Shown: positions 20,485 to 30,051 of the stretch, in pieces | Numbering within the stretch: position 1 is the first letter of the stretch | Layout: each line of letters opens with the position of its first letter | Source: Candidatus Thiodiazotropha taylori | GTDB taxonomy: Bacteria > Pseudomonadota > Gammaproteobacteria > Chromatiales > Chromatiaceae | Assembly: GCA_016843265.1 (NCBI GenBank) | Contig: JAEPBJ010000001.1 | Coordinates: 5,052-69,051, forward strand | Direction: 5' to 3' | DNA: 64,000 nt | The notes under the pieces: model-generated | Databases searched by the model: none | What the model was told of the DNA's origin: nothing | Seen by the model: the letters and a program-made list of their open reading frames with translations, nothing else | Position numbers and translations under genes: made by a program

Positions 20485-21188
20485 AACCTTCAGCACATAA
20501 TCTGCGCGACCGTCAGCAGCGAAACAGACCCAGTAACGCTGGATTCACCCTGCTTGAACTGCTGATAGCGATCACCGTTTTCGCGATTATGGCGACATTC
20601 GCCTACTCGGGCCTCAAGGTGGTACTGGATTCCGAAAACCAGACCAGCCAATACAGCAAACGCATGTCTCAATTGCAACTGGCGATGAACCTGATGCAGC
20701 GGGATATCGAGCAGGCGATTGAAAGACCGATCCGGGATCAGCTGGGAGACGAGGTCGGCGCTTTCATCAGTGGCGGTTTTGCCGGCACACTGCTCGAGTT
20801 GACCCGGGACGGTTATGCCAATCCGATGAAGCTGCCGCGCAGTAATCTGCAGCGGGTGGGTTACCAGCTGGAAGAGGAGACCCTCTACCGCCTGACCTGG
20901 AGAATTCTGGACAGAGCCCAGGATAGCGAACCCCACCGCTACGAACTGATCGATAATATCGAAGAGCTTGAGCTGATCTATTATGACAAGGAGATGAAGA
21001 AACAGAGTCAGTGGCCACCTGAAAGGTTTGATTTCGATTCAGGAGAGAAACCCGGTCTTCCCACTGCGGTGGAAGTCAAGATGGAACTCAAGGATTGGGG
21101 TAATATCAGACGCCTGTTTGCACTGGTGAGACCGATACCGGATGAACAGCAGGCGCAGGGACAAAACAGTAATGGCAACACTCAGTAA
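20481..21188 (+). CDS. gspJ: T2SS minor pseudopilin GspJ
   Basis: G|FTLLE; RDIEQ...RPIRD; PRSNLQRVGY; LPTAVEV. Confidence 0.92.
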   Translation: MKPSAHNLRDRQQRNRPSNAGFTLLELLIAITVFAIMATFAYSGLKVVLDSENQTSQYSKRMSQLQLAMNLMQRDIEQAIERPIRDQLGDEVGAFISGGFAGTLLELTRDGYANPMKLPRSNLQRVGYQLEEETLYRLTWRILDRAQDSEPHRYELIDNIEELELIYYDKEMKKQSQWPPERFDFDSGEKPGLPTAVEVKMELKDWGNIRRLFALVRPIPDEQQAQGQNSNGNTQ

Positions 21189-22158
21189 GCGTCCATCGCG
21201 ACAACAAGGTATCGCCCTGATCACCGCCATTGTGATTGTCGCCATGGCATCGATCGCTGCCGTGGCAATGACCCACAACCTGCAACTCAATATTCGTCGA
21301 ACCGGTAATATCCAGGCAGCAGACCAATCCTACTACTACACCCTGGGCAGTGAAGCCTGGTCCAGAGGTATGCTGATCAGGGATCTGCTCGACGATGAGT
21401 CCAAGAAGTACGACTCACTCGATGAGAACTGGGCCATCGAACTCCCCCCCACCCCGGTGGAAGGTGGCGAGGTACAGGCCGTAACCACTGACCTGCAAGG
21501 TCGATTCAACCTGAACAATCTCTATCTGGAAGCAGAAGCGGAAGCGCAGGCCAAACAGGAAGCCGCGGTCCAGCTGGCCATATTTCAACGTATTCTTGCA
21601 GCGCTCGAACTGCCAGAGTCGATCGCCCAGGCAACCCAGGACTGGCTCGATGGCGACATCAGGACCTCCTTTCCGGATGGCGCAGAAGACGTTGAATATC
21701 TGGGACAGGAGCCGGCCTACCGCACGGCCAATGGCTATATGGCCAGCCATACTGAGCTGAGACTGATCAAGGACATCGATCAGGAGAGTTACGACAAACT
21801 GGCGCCATACGTGGTTGCTCTGCCGGTCAAGACCCCGATCAATGTCAACACAGCAGAGCAGATTGTGCTAAAAAGCCTTCTCAACGAGCTCTCGGATGGG
21901 CATGCAGAGCAACTGATCAGTGAGCGAGAAGAGAACCCGTTCAAAGAGACGGCATCCTTTATTGAAAGACTTAGAGAACTTTTGGATGAAAATAAAGTAA
22001 AATCTGAAGAGATAGAGCCATTGATCTCTGTAGACAGTCAATTTTTTCAACTGGAGACGGTTGTACGCATGGAAAATATCAGCCAAAGATTGGTCAGCCG
22101 CCTATACCAAGGCAGTGAGGATGTGGTTGTCATATCCCGAACCACCGGGGTCTATTGA
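21172..22158 (+). CDS. gspK: T2SS minor pseudopilin GspK
   Basis: QQG|IALI; DLQGRFNLNNL; DWLD; INVNTA. Confidence 0.92.
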   Translation: MATLSKRPSRQQGIALITAIVIVAMASIAAVAMTHNLQLNIRRTGNIQAADQSYYYTLGSEAWSRGMLIRDLLDDESKKYDSLDENWAIELPPTPVEGGEVQAVTTDLQGRFNLNNLYLEAEAEAQAKQEAAVQLAIFQRILAALELPESIAQATQDWLDGDIRTSFPDGAEDVEYLGQEPAYRTANGYMASHTELRLIKDIDQESYDKLAPYVVALPVKTPINVNTAEQIVLKSLLNELSDGHAEQLISEREENPFKETASFIERLRELLDENKVKSEEIEPLISVDSQFFQLETVVRMENISQRLVSRLYQGSEDVVVISRTTGVY

Positions 22159-23384
22159 TGGCCGAGCATCTTATTCTGCAGTGCCATGACGTTTCCTGTG
22201 ACCGGGTCTCCTGGACGATCCGGGGCGCCAGCAGCAGTGAGCCGGGATCAGGCACCCTGGAAGAGGCGGCCCAACAGGCGAAAGGCCGACGCACCCTGGT
22301 GCTGGCACCTGCATCCGAAATCCTGCTCACCTCCGTCAACATACCAACCCGCAACCGCCAGCGTCTGCTGCAAGCGATACCGTTCTCCCTGGAGAACGAG
22401 CTTACCGAGGATATCGATGACCTCCATTTTGCCGCCGGCAACATGGATAGCGATAACATCACGCCGGTTGCCGTGATTGCCAGAAGTCGGCTTGAACAGT
22501 GGCTTGAAAGATTGGAGTCTGCCGGCATCGAGCCACTCGGCATCTATCCGGATATGCTCGGGCTGCCGATGGAGAACAATGCCTGGACTCTCTACCAGAG
22601 TGACCATCAGTTACAGATTCGCACCCAGAGCAACCTGGGGTACAGCGTCGATGGTGTGAATGGTGGTGAGTTCTTAAAACTGGCACTGCAGCAGGCAGGC
22701 GAATCGGCCCCGCACAAATTGATCCTCTACCGGCTTGAGGGGAGTCGTGCAGAACTTGACCTGGAGTCGCTTGCAGCCGATTGCGAGATCGTCACCAGGG
22801 AGCTGGGACAGCTGGGTGATTTGACCAGTCTGCTGGCGGATAACCTGCATGAGAAACAGCTATTGAATCTTCTGCAAGGTGAGTATCTGAGGGTCGACAA
22901 GACCACGCTGCAGTGGCGACGCTGGCTGCCTGCAGCAGTTTTGGCACTGCTATTCATTGGCCTGTCGATTGGCAGCTCGATTCAGGAATACAATCAATAT
23001 GACCGCCAGAGCAAGTTACTGCATGCTCAGATCAGGGAGACTTTTCAGCAGGCCTTTCCGGAGGTTAAGCGAATCGTCGACCCCAGAGCACAGATGGAGC
23101 AGCGCCTGAAATCCCTGCAACGGGGTCAATCGGGCAGCTTCGCCCAGTTTGCCAGCCTCTTCGTACCCTCGGCAAGCGTCATCAAGAACAGCCCGAACAC
23201 GACCCTGCAAAACATCAGCTTTCGCGATGGCCAACTCAATCTGCAACTGACCATCAAGGAGTTGCAAGCCCTCGAGACACTGAAGAAGACCATCGAGAGT
23301 AAACGGCTGACTGTCGAAATCCGCTCTGCCAACGCGGCGGATAACAAAGTCACCTCCCATCTGAGAATCACCGGAGGATCCTGA
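22158..23384 (+). CDS. gspL: T2SS inner-membrane protein GspL
   Basis: AIPFSLENEL..DIDDLHFA; NLLQGEY; single TM; FPEVKRIVDPRAQM. Confidence 0.9.
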   Translation: MAEHLILQCHDVSCDRVSWTIRGASSSEPGSGTLEEAAQQAKGRRTLVLAPASEILLTSVNIPTRNRQRLLQAIPFSLENELTEDIDDLHFAAGNMDSDNITPVAVIARSRLEQWLERLESAGIEPLGIYPDMLGLPMENNAWTLYQSDHQLQIRTQSNLGYSVDGVNGGEFLKLALQQAGESAPHKLILYRLEGSRAELDLESLAADCEIVTRELGQLGDLTSLLADNLHEKQLLNLLQGEYLRVDKTTLQWRRWLPAAVLALLFIGLSIGSSIQEYNQYDRQSKLLHAQIRETFQQAFPEVKRIVDPRAQMEQRLKSLQRGQSGSFAQFASLFVPSASVIKNSPNTTLQNISFRDGQLNLQLTIKELQALETLKKTIESKRLTVEIRSANAADNKVTSHLRITGGS

Positions 23385-23869
23385 TGAAGCAGTGGTGGCT
23401 GAGCAAAACCCCGCAAGAACATCTGGCTATGATCGTTGGCGGCACAGCTGTGCTGCTGTTGCTGATCTACCTGATCGTATGGCGCCCCTTCCAGCAGAGC
23501 CTTGAACAGAAAGCCTTACTGGTTAAGAGCCAGGAATCGACTTTGCAATGGATGAAAGACAACGCGGATCTGGTGAAAAACATGCGCAGCAACCAACCCG
23601 GTAAAGGCGCAGCCAGCAACGAAGCACTGCTGACACTGGTCGACAGGACCGCCAAACGGGTTCAATTGAGGCAGCAGATCAAGCGCATCAAGCCCCAGGG
23701 TGACGATTCGGTTCAGCTATGGGTCGAACAGGCCTCTTTTGACACCCTGATTCGCTGGCTGGGTCAGATGACTCAGGAGTATGCACTGAATATCGAATCA
23801 CTGAATATCGATCGACAGGATGCGCCGGGGCTGATCAATGCCCGGGTTGTCCTGCAGCGTGGAGGATAG
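23384..23869 (+). CDS. gspM: T2SS protein GspM
   Basis: MKQWW start, single TM, FDTLIRWL, PGLINARV; TGATG overlap with gspL. Confidence 0.9.
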   Translation: MKQWWLSKTPQEHLAMIVGGTAVLLLLIYLIVWRPFQQSLEQKALLVKSQESTLQWMKDNADLVKNMRSNQPGKGAASNEALLTLVDRTAKRVQLRQQIKRIKPQGDDSVQLWVEQASFDTLIRWLGQMTQEYALNIESLNIDRQDAPGLINARVVLQRGG

Positions 23870-23875
23870 AAGGTA

Positions 23876-24631
23876 ATGAAGTGGTGGAGTTACCTGCTGA
23901 TCGGTCTCGGGGCCTATCTGTTGATCCTGGTGATCAGCCTGCCGGCAGAACATGTTCTGGGCTGGACCGCAGGCAACAGTAAGAATATCCCTTTCACCTA
24001 CGGCACCATCAAAGGCAGCCTTTGGCGCGGCAAGATGGAGGCATTGACGGTTAATGGAGTCCCCCTCGACAAACTCAAATGGCGCTTCTCCCCGAGTGAA
24101 CTGCTGTTCGGTCGTCTCGGCTTTGATATTCAGGTAAATCATGCGGGTCAGGAACTGGAGGCGGATGTTGCGAAAGGATTTGGCAAAGAGATCCACATCG
24201 AGGATATCAGTGGTGTGATTCAGGCTGCGATCATCCCCCAGTTGATCGATATGTCACAAATCGGTGTTGACGGTAACGTCAACCTGAACCTCCAACAGAT
24301 CACTCTGTCAGACAATCAGATCATCTATGCCGAAGGAGTGGTGCAGTGGTTGAGTTCGGCTCTGAAAAGCCCATTCGCACTCAAGGTTGGCGACCTTCAG
24401 GCTGATCTTGAAACGGATGATGCAGGTGCAGTCCGGGCAAAAATCAAGGACTTGGGAGGAGCTACCGCGGTGGATGGGGAACTCAGTCTGACACCGGACG
24501 GAAACTTCCAGGTGAATGGTCAGATCAAGCCAGGGGCAGATTCCGATCCCCGACTTGGCAGTGCGCTGAACGCAATCAGTAAACGCAAACCGGATGGCAG
24601 CTACCAGATAACCTACAGCGCGCGGCTTTGA
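23876..24631 (+). CDS. gspN: T2SS protein GspN
   Basis: N-terminal TM then LPA; GSLWRG; W...P..LL.G pattern. Confidence 0.88.
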   Translation: MKWWSYLLIGLGAYLLILVISLPAEHVLGWTAGNSKNIPFTYGTIKGSLWRGKMEALTVNGVPLDKLKWRFSPSELLFGRLGFDIQVNHAGQELEADVAKGFGKEIHIEDISGVIQAAIIPQLIDMSQIGVDGNVNLNLQQITLSDNQIIYAEGVVQWLSSALKSPFALKVGDLQADLETDDAGAVRAKIKDLGGATAVDGELSLTPDGNFQVNGQIKPGADSDPRLGSALNAISKRKPDGSYQITYSARL

Positions 24632-24827
24632 AGCATGTGCACTGTTTCATAATACTGTTTTGAACCGGTAGGCCAATGCGCTATCATCTGCTATTATGGA
24701 AAGGATTACATATTCAACATAAACCCATGATGAATAAAGAATTTCACAACTATTTCCCTGACCTGTCACAAACCAGTGACCTGAATTGGATCAGGCTTGT
24801 TGCAGAGAGTGCTAGGGGACAGCTTCA

Positions 24828-26837
24828 ATGATCACCAATTCGGCCAATAAATTCATGGACAGATCAGCTCCGCTCCACCACAGAATTCGCCATGCGATAG
24901 CGCTATGCTGCTGCATGGTTCTGCTGAGTTTTGCGACTATCACACCCAGTCATGCCGAGCAGATCACCCTGAATCTGAACAACGCGGATATCGAAGCGTT
25001 GATCAAAACGGTTTCAGAACATACCGGCAAGAACTTCGTCATCGATCCGCGAGTCAAAGGCAAGGTCACGGTGATATCCGCCCACCCGATGGATCGGAAT
25101 GAGTTCTATGAAGTCTTTCTGTCGATCCTCGAGGTGCATGGTTTTTCAACCATTCCCAGTGGCGATGTGATCAAGATCGTCCCCGATGTAAAAGCCAAAC
25201 AGGGTGGCATTCCAACCCTCAGCAGAGCCGGCGCCCTGCCCGGGGATCAGATCGTCACCCGGATCATTCAGGTGAAGAATGTCACCTCCGCCCAACTTGT
25301 CCCGATCCTGCGCCCACTGATTCCCCAGGAGGGACATCTGGCGGCCTACCCTGACACCAATGTACTGATCATCTCCGACCGACGCCGCAATGTGGACCGT
25401 CTGATGAGAATCATCGAGCAGATCGATCAGGTCAGTGACAGCTCCATCGAGGTCATCACACTCCAGCATGCTTCCGCAGCCGAGGTGGTACGGATTCTGG
25501 AAAGTCTCAAACCGACTGCTGCGAAGGGTGCCTCCAAATCGGCCTCGAAGATGGTCGCCGACGAACGCACCAACAGCATTCTTATCAGTGGCGACCCGAC
25601 CGAGCGCCTGCGTGCACGGGTGGTGATCGAGCATCTGGACACCCCGTTCGACAACGAGGGCAATGCCCAGGTCGTCTATCTGAAATATGCCAATGCGGTT
25701 GACCTGGTGAACGTGCTGACCGGTGTCAGTGAGAATATCGACGAGGGTGGCCAGGGAAAAGCGGCGAAGGCCAAGAGCAAACCCAAGGTGCCGGTCAACA
25801 TACAGGCGGATGAAGCCTCCAATGCTTTGATCATCACCGCGCCACCGGATGTTTTTCACTCCCTGCAGGCGATCATCCGTAAACTGGATATCCGTCGCGC
25901 CCAGGTGCTGGTCGAGGCGATCATTGCTGAAGTCTCCTACGACAAGGCCAAGAGTCTGGGTGTGCAGTGGGTGGTTGACGGCACACCGGACGGACAGGGT
26001 CCGGTTGGTGTGATCAACCTGGGATCACCGACCATCACCGACGTCTACAACTCGGTGGCTGCCGGCGCCGGTGTACCGCTGGGCCCCGGCACCTCCATCG
26101 GCCTGGGACGGTTCGACAGCGACCGGGTCAACTTCGCTGCGCTGATACAGGCACTGGAGAGCGATACCACCAGCAACATTCTCTCAACCCCCAGCCTGAC
26201 CACACTGGATAACCAGGAAGCTGAGATCGTGATCGGTCAGAATGTGCCGTTCATAACCGGCTCCTACAGTTCCACCGGCGGCACCAGCAATTCGGTGAAT
26301 CCCTTCCAGACCGTACAGCGTGAGGATGTGGGCCTGACCCTGAAGGTCAAACCACAAATCAACGAAGGCAACTCCATTCAGCTCGAGATTGAACAGGAGA
26401 TCTCCAGCATCAATGCCTCCGCCAGTACCGGTACCAGCGATATCGTGACCAACAAGCGCACCATCAAAACCGTGGTTATGGTGGAAGATGGCGCGACAAT
26501 CGTGCTCGGCGGCCTGATCCAGGAAGATCTCCAGCAGACCGAAGAGAAAGTACCTCTGCTTGGCGACATTCCTCTGTTGGGCGCCCTCTTCCGCGCCAAC
26601 AAGACCACCAAAGTGAAACGCAACCTGATGGTCTTTCTCCGACCTGTGGTGTTGCGGGACGCTGCAGTCAGCACCCAGATCGCGAGTGACAAATACAACT
26701 ACTTCCGCGCCCAGCAACTGAAGATGAAGCAGGAAGGGGTCAGTCTGATGGACGATGAGGAGACGCCGATCATGCCGCCGCGCTTCGGTACATTCGCTCC
26801 GCCTTTCGAGGGTGATCCGACAGAGCCGGAACTCTGA
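24828..26837 (+). CDS. gspD: T2SS secretin GspD
   Basis: NADIEALI...TGKNFVIDPRVKG; DIRRAQVLVEAIIAEV; VPLLGDIPLLGALFR. Confidence 0.96.
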   Translation: MITNSANKFMDRSAPLHHRIRHAIALCCCMVLLSFATITPSHAEQITLNLNNADIEALIKTVSEHTGKNFVIDPRVKGKVTVISAHPMDRNEFYEVFLSILEVHGFSTIPSGDVIKIVPDVKAKQGGIPTLSRAGALPGDQIVTRIIQVKNVTSAQLVPILRPLIPQEGHLAAYPDTNVLIISDRRRNVDRLMRIIEQIDQVSDSSIEVITLQHASAAEVVRILESLKPTAAKGASKSASKMVADERTNSILISGDPTERLRARVVIEHLDTPFDNEGNAQVVYLKYANAVDLVNVLTGVSENIDEGGQGKAAKAKSKPKVPVNIQADEASNALIITAPPDVFHSLQAIIRKLDIRRAQVLVEAIIAEVSYDKAKSLGVQWVVDGTPDGQGPVGVINLGSPTITDVYNSVAAGAGVPLGPGTSIGLGRFDSDRVNFAALIQALESDTTSNILSTPSLTTLDNQEAEIVIGQNVPFITGSYSSTGGTSNSVNPFQTVQREDVGLTLKVKPQINEGNSIQLEIEQEISSINASASTGTSDIVTNKRTIKTVVMVEDGATIVLGGLIQEDLQQTEEKVPLLGDIPLLGALFRANKTTKVKRNLMVFLRPVVLRDAAVSTQIASDKYNYFRAQQLKMKQEGVSLMDDEETPIMPPRFGTFAPPFEGDPTEPEL

Positions 26838-26852
26838 CCGGTCGCGCAAGCC

Positions 26853-28421
26853 ATGTCTGACACGACACCATCAAATCCACTCCAGGACGCATTGGATCCG
26901 GTATCCGAACTGCTTTCCGAAGAGCCGGAAAGCCTGCCACCCCAGGAACCGAGTCAGCTGCCTTATGCCTATGCAAGAAGGCATGGGGCTGTGGTGGTAT
27001 ATAACGATCAGAGTGGTGACTATGAATTACTCTACAAACCCGGGGTTTCGATCTTAGTACTGAATGAAATCCGCCGCCTCTATGAGCAACCCCTGGTGTT
27101 CAAACAGATCGATGAGGATAGCCTGGAAAGACAGCTCTCACTGATCTATGAGTCGGGCTCCAAACAATCGAGCCAGATCATGGAGACCATGGGCGATGAC
27201 ATGGATCTCGATCATGCCGCCCAGGCGCTCAACCAACCGGAAGATCTGCTCGGCAGTGACGATGACGCACCGATCATCCGATTGATCAACGCTCTGTTTA
27301 CCGAGGCCATCAAGGAGCAGGCTTCGGATATCCATATCGAACCCTATGAAAACCGTCTGGTGGTTCGCTTCCGGGTCGATGGGGTGTTGCGCGAAGTGCT
27401 CTCGCCACCACGCAATGTCTCTTCATTCCTGGTCTCCCGTATCAAGGTCATGGCGCAGCTCGATATCGCTGAAAAGCGCATTCCCCAGGATGGCCGGATC
27501 TCTTTGAAAGTGGGTAACCGCCCGGTGGATGTGCGTGTCTCGACCCTGCCCTCCAGCTATGGCGAACGGGTGGTGCTGCGTCTGCTCGACAAGCAGGCGG
27601 GACGGCTCGATCTGGAACATCTCGGCATGGCCAAAGAGTTGCTGGAGCAGGTCGATCCCGGCGTGATTCGGCGCCCCCACGGCATCTTTCTGGTCACCGG
27701 CCCGACCGGCTCAGGTAAGACCACCACCCTGTATGCCGCGTTGAGCCGGCTCAACACCCAGAGCCGTAACATCGTCACCGTGGAAGACCCGATCGAGTAC
27801 TACCTCGACGGCATTGGACAGACCCAGGTGAACAACAAGGTCGACCTCACCTTTGCCCGCGGTCTGAGGGCGATTCTTCGTCAGGATCCGGATGTGGTGA
27901 TGGTGGGTGAGATTCGTGACCTGGAAACGGCACAAATAGCCGTACAGGCCAGTTTGACCGGTCATATGGTGATGTCGAGTCTGCATACCAACACGGCGAT
28001 CGGCAGTATCTCCCGTCTCAGGGATATGGGTGTGGAGCCGTTTCTGCTCTCCTCCAGTCTGATCGGTGTACTGGCCCAGCGCCTGGTACGAACCCTGTGC
28101 CCCCACTGCAAGGAACCCTACACCGCCAGCCAGCAGGAGCTGGAACTGTTGGAACAACCGGGTAGCGAATCGGTCACGATCTACTCAGCCAAAGGGTGTG
28201 AAAAGTGTCATAACCACGGCTATGTGGGCAGGACAGGCATCTATGAACTGATCACCATCGACGAGAGCCTGCGCAATATGATTCACAAGGGCAGCGGTGA
28301 GATGGAGATGCTGGAACACGCCAGAAACTACTCCGACAGCATTCGCCAGGATGGCATGAAGCGGGTCCTCGATGGTGATACCACCATCGATGAGATCATC
28401 CGCGTGACCCAGGAAGGATAG
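26853..28421 (+). CDS. gspE: T2SS ATPase GspE
   Basis: ASDIHIEP, GPTGSGKTT, EDPIEY, LRQDPDVVMVGEIRD, CxxC...CxxC. Confidence 0.96.
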   Translation: MSDTTPSNPLQDALDPVSELLSEEPESLPPQEPSQLPYAYARRHGAVVVYNDQSGDYELLYKPGVSILVLNEIRRLYEQPLVFKQIDEDSLERQLSLIYESGSKQSSQIMETMGDDMDLDHAAQALNQPEDLLGSDDDAPIIRLINALFTEAIKEQASDIHIEPYENRLVVRFRVDGVLREVLSPPRNVSSFLVSRIKVMAQLDIAEKRIPQDGRISLKVGNRPVDVRVSTLPSSYGERVVLRLLDKQAGRLDLEHLGMAKELLEQVDPGVIRRPHGIFLVTGPTGSGKTTTLYAALSRLNTQSRNIVTVEDPIEYYLDGIGQTQVNNKVDLTFARGLRAILRQDPDVVMVGEIRDLETAQIAVQASLTGHMVMSSLHTNTAIGSISRLRDMGVEPFLLSSSLIGVLAQRLVRTLCPHCKEPYTASQQELELLEQPGSESVTIYSAKGCEKCHNHGYVGRTGIYELITIDESLRNMIHKGSGEMEMLEHARNYSDSIRQDGMKRVLDGDTTIDEIIRVTQEG

Positions 28422-28427
28422 CCCGCC

Positions 28428-29639
28428 TTGGACGCCTTTGAATATGTAGCACTCGATCCGAGCGGCAAGGAGAAGCGTGGCGTTCTCGAGGGTGACAGCC
28501 CACGACAGGTTCGTCAGCAGCTGCGGGAATCGGGGCTGACACCCCTCAGCATTGATTCCGCAAGCGGCACCGCCACACAGAGCAAGGGTAAGCTGTTTCA
28601 GCGTCAGATCAATGCCATGGAACTGGCTCTGATCACCCGTCAGATGGCGACCCTGTTACGTTCCGGACTGCCCCTCGAACATGTCCTGAAAACCACCGCC
28701 CAGCAATCGGACAAACGCCATGTGGAGCGCACCCTGCTGGCGGTACGGGCCAAGGTCCTGGAGGGTAGAACCCTGGCGGATGGGCTCAAGGAGTTCCCCA
28801 AAACCTTCCCGGAAGTCTATATCCAGACCGTCTCCTCCGGCGAGGAGTCCGGCCACCTTGAAGTGGTCCTGGAGAGACTGGCGGACTACACCGAGCAGCG
28901 CCAGCAGATGCGTCAGAAGACCATCTTCGCCCTCTTCTACCCGGCATTGCTGACCATCGTCTCGCTGCTGATCGTGGGTGGTCTGTTGACCTATATCGTG
29001 CCCCAGGTCACCCGGGTGTTCGAAACCATGTCCGCCGAACTCCCCTGGATAACCCAGGCATTGATGTCCACCAGTGACACGTTCCGCAGCTACGGGGTGC
29101 CGATCTTCGTCTCACTGCTGGTGCTTGGTCTGCTGTTCAGCTATCTGTTGAAGAAGCCCGGGCCGAAACGCTGGTGGCATCGCACCCTGCTTCGCATACC
29201 CCTGGTTGGTCGTCTGGTACGCACCTCCAATGCGGCCCGTTTCTCCAGAACCCTGAGCATCATGGCCGCCAGTAGCGTACCGATTCTCGATTCGATGCGC
29301 ATCGCATCCCAGGTCCTGACCAATCTGCCAATGCGCAGTGCGGTCGAGGAAGCTACCTCCAGGGTTCGTGAGGGGGCCAGCCTCTATCAGGCCCTGGACA
29401 AAACCGGATATTTCCCTCCAATGACCCTCAGTCTGCTCGCCAGTGGTGAATCGAGTGGTAACCTGGAAGGTATGCTGGAGCGCTCCGCCGATATCCAGGA
29501 GCGAGAGATAGAGACCCTGGTCTCGACGATTCAGGGACTGTTCGAACCTATACTCATCCTGGTCATGGGTGGTATTGTGCTGGTCATCGTACTGGCTATA
29601 CTGCTGCCTATTTTCGATCTTAACCAATTGGTAGCCTGA
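28428..29639 (+). CDS. gspF: T2SS inner-membrane platform GspF
   Basis: TRQMATLL..GLPL; GEESGHL..VL.RLADY; GESSGNL; EPILIL. Confidence 0.95.
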   Translation: MDAFEYVALDPSGKEKRGVLEGDSPRQVRQQLRESGLTPLSIDSASGTATQSKGKLFQRQINAMELALITRQMATLLRSGLPLEHVLKTTAQQSDKRHVERTLLAVRAKVLEGRTLADGLKEFPKTFPEVYIQTVSSGEESGHLEVVLERLADYTEQRQQMRQKTIFALFYPALLTIVSLLIVGGLLTYIVPQVTRVFETMSAELPWITQALMSTSDTFRSYGVPIFVSLLVLGLLFSYLLKKPGPKRWWHRTLLRIPLVGRLVRTSNAARFSRTLSIMAASSVPILDSMRIASQVLTNLPMRSAVEEATSRVREGASLYQALDKTGYFPPMTLSLLASGESSGNLEGMLERSADIQEREIETLVSTIQGLFEPILILVMGGIVLVIVLAILLPIFDLNQLVA

Positions 29640-29643
29640 CTCT

Positions 29644-29988
29644 ATGGAATTTTCTAGCAAACCAATACGCGCACTGCCGCTGATCATCGCGCTCTGTTTA
29701 GCCATTCTGAGCGGTTGCGCAAGCTCCCCGGATCCTTCAGTGGATGAGACCGCGCTTACCCTGAATGAAGCTCACAAGGCTTACAACGCCAAAGAGTACA
29801 AGAGGGTCTTTCAACTGCTGTTTCCCCTCGCAGCCGCCGGTAATGACAAGGCGCAATACGCCCTGGGCTACCTCTTCTATCATGGAATGGGGGTCGAGAA
29901 GAATGAACGTCAGGCGATGCACTGGGTTCAGCAGGCCGCCGCCCAGGGAAACCGCAAAGCGATCCAGGCGTTGACCCCTGTACAATAA
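29644..29988 (+). CDS. Sel1-like repeat lipoprotein
   Basis: Lipobox LSGC; AQYALGYLFYHGMGVEKN...A..W...AAAQG. Confidence 0.85.
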   Translation: MEFSSKPIRALPLIIALCLAILSGCASSPDPSVDETALTLNEAHKAYNAKEYKRVFQLLFPLAAAGNDKAQYALGYLFYHGMGVEKNERQAMHWVQQAAAQGNRKAIQALTPVQ

Positions 29989-30051
29989 GATTGCCCAGGG
30001 AAGCGCTATCAGACTGGCGCTAAGATAGCGCCAATCAGCCGATCTGATGGA

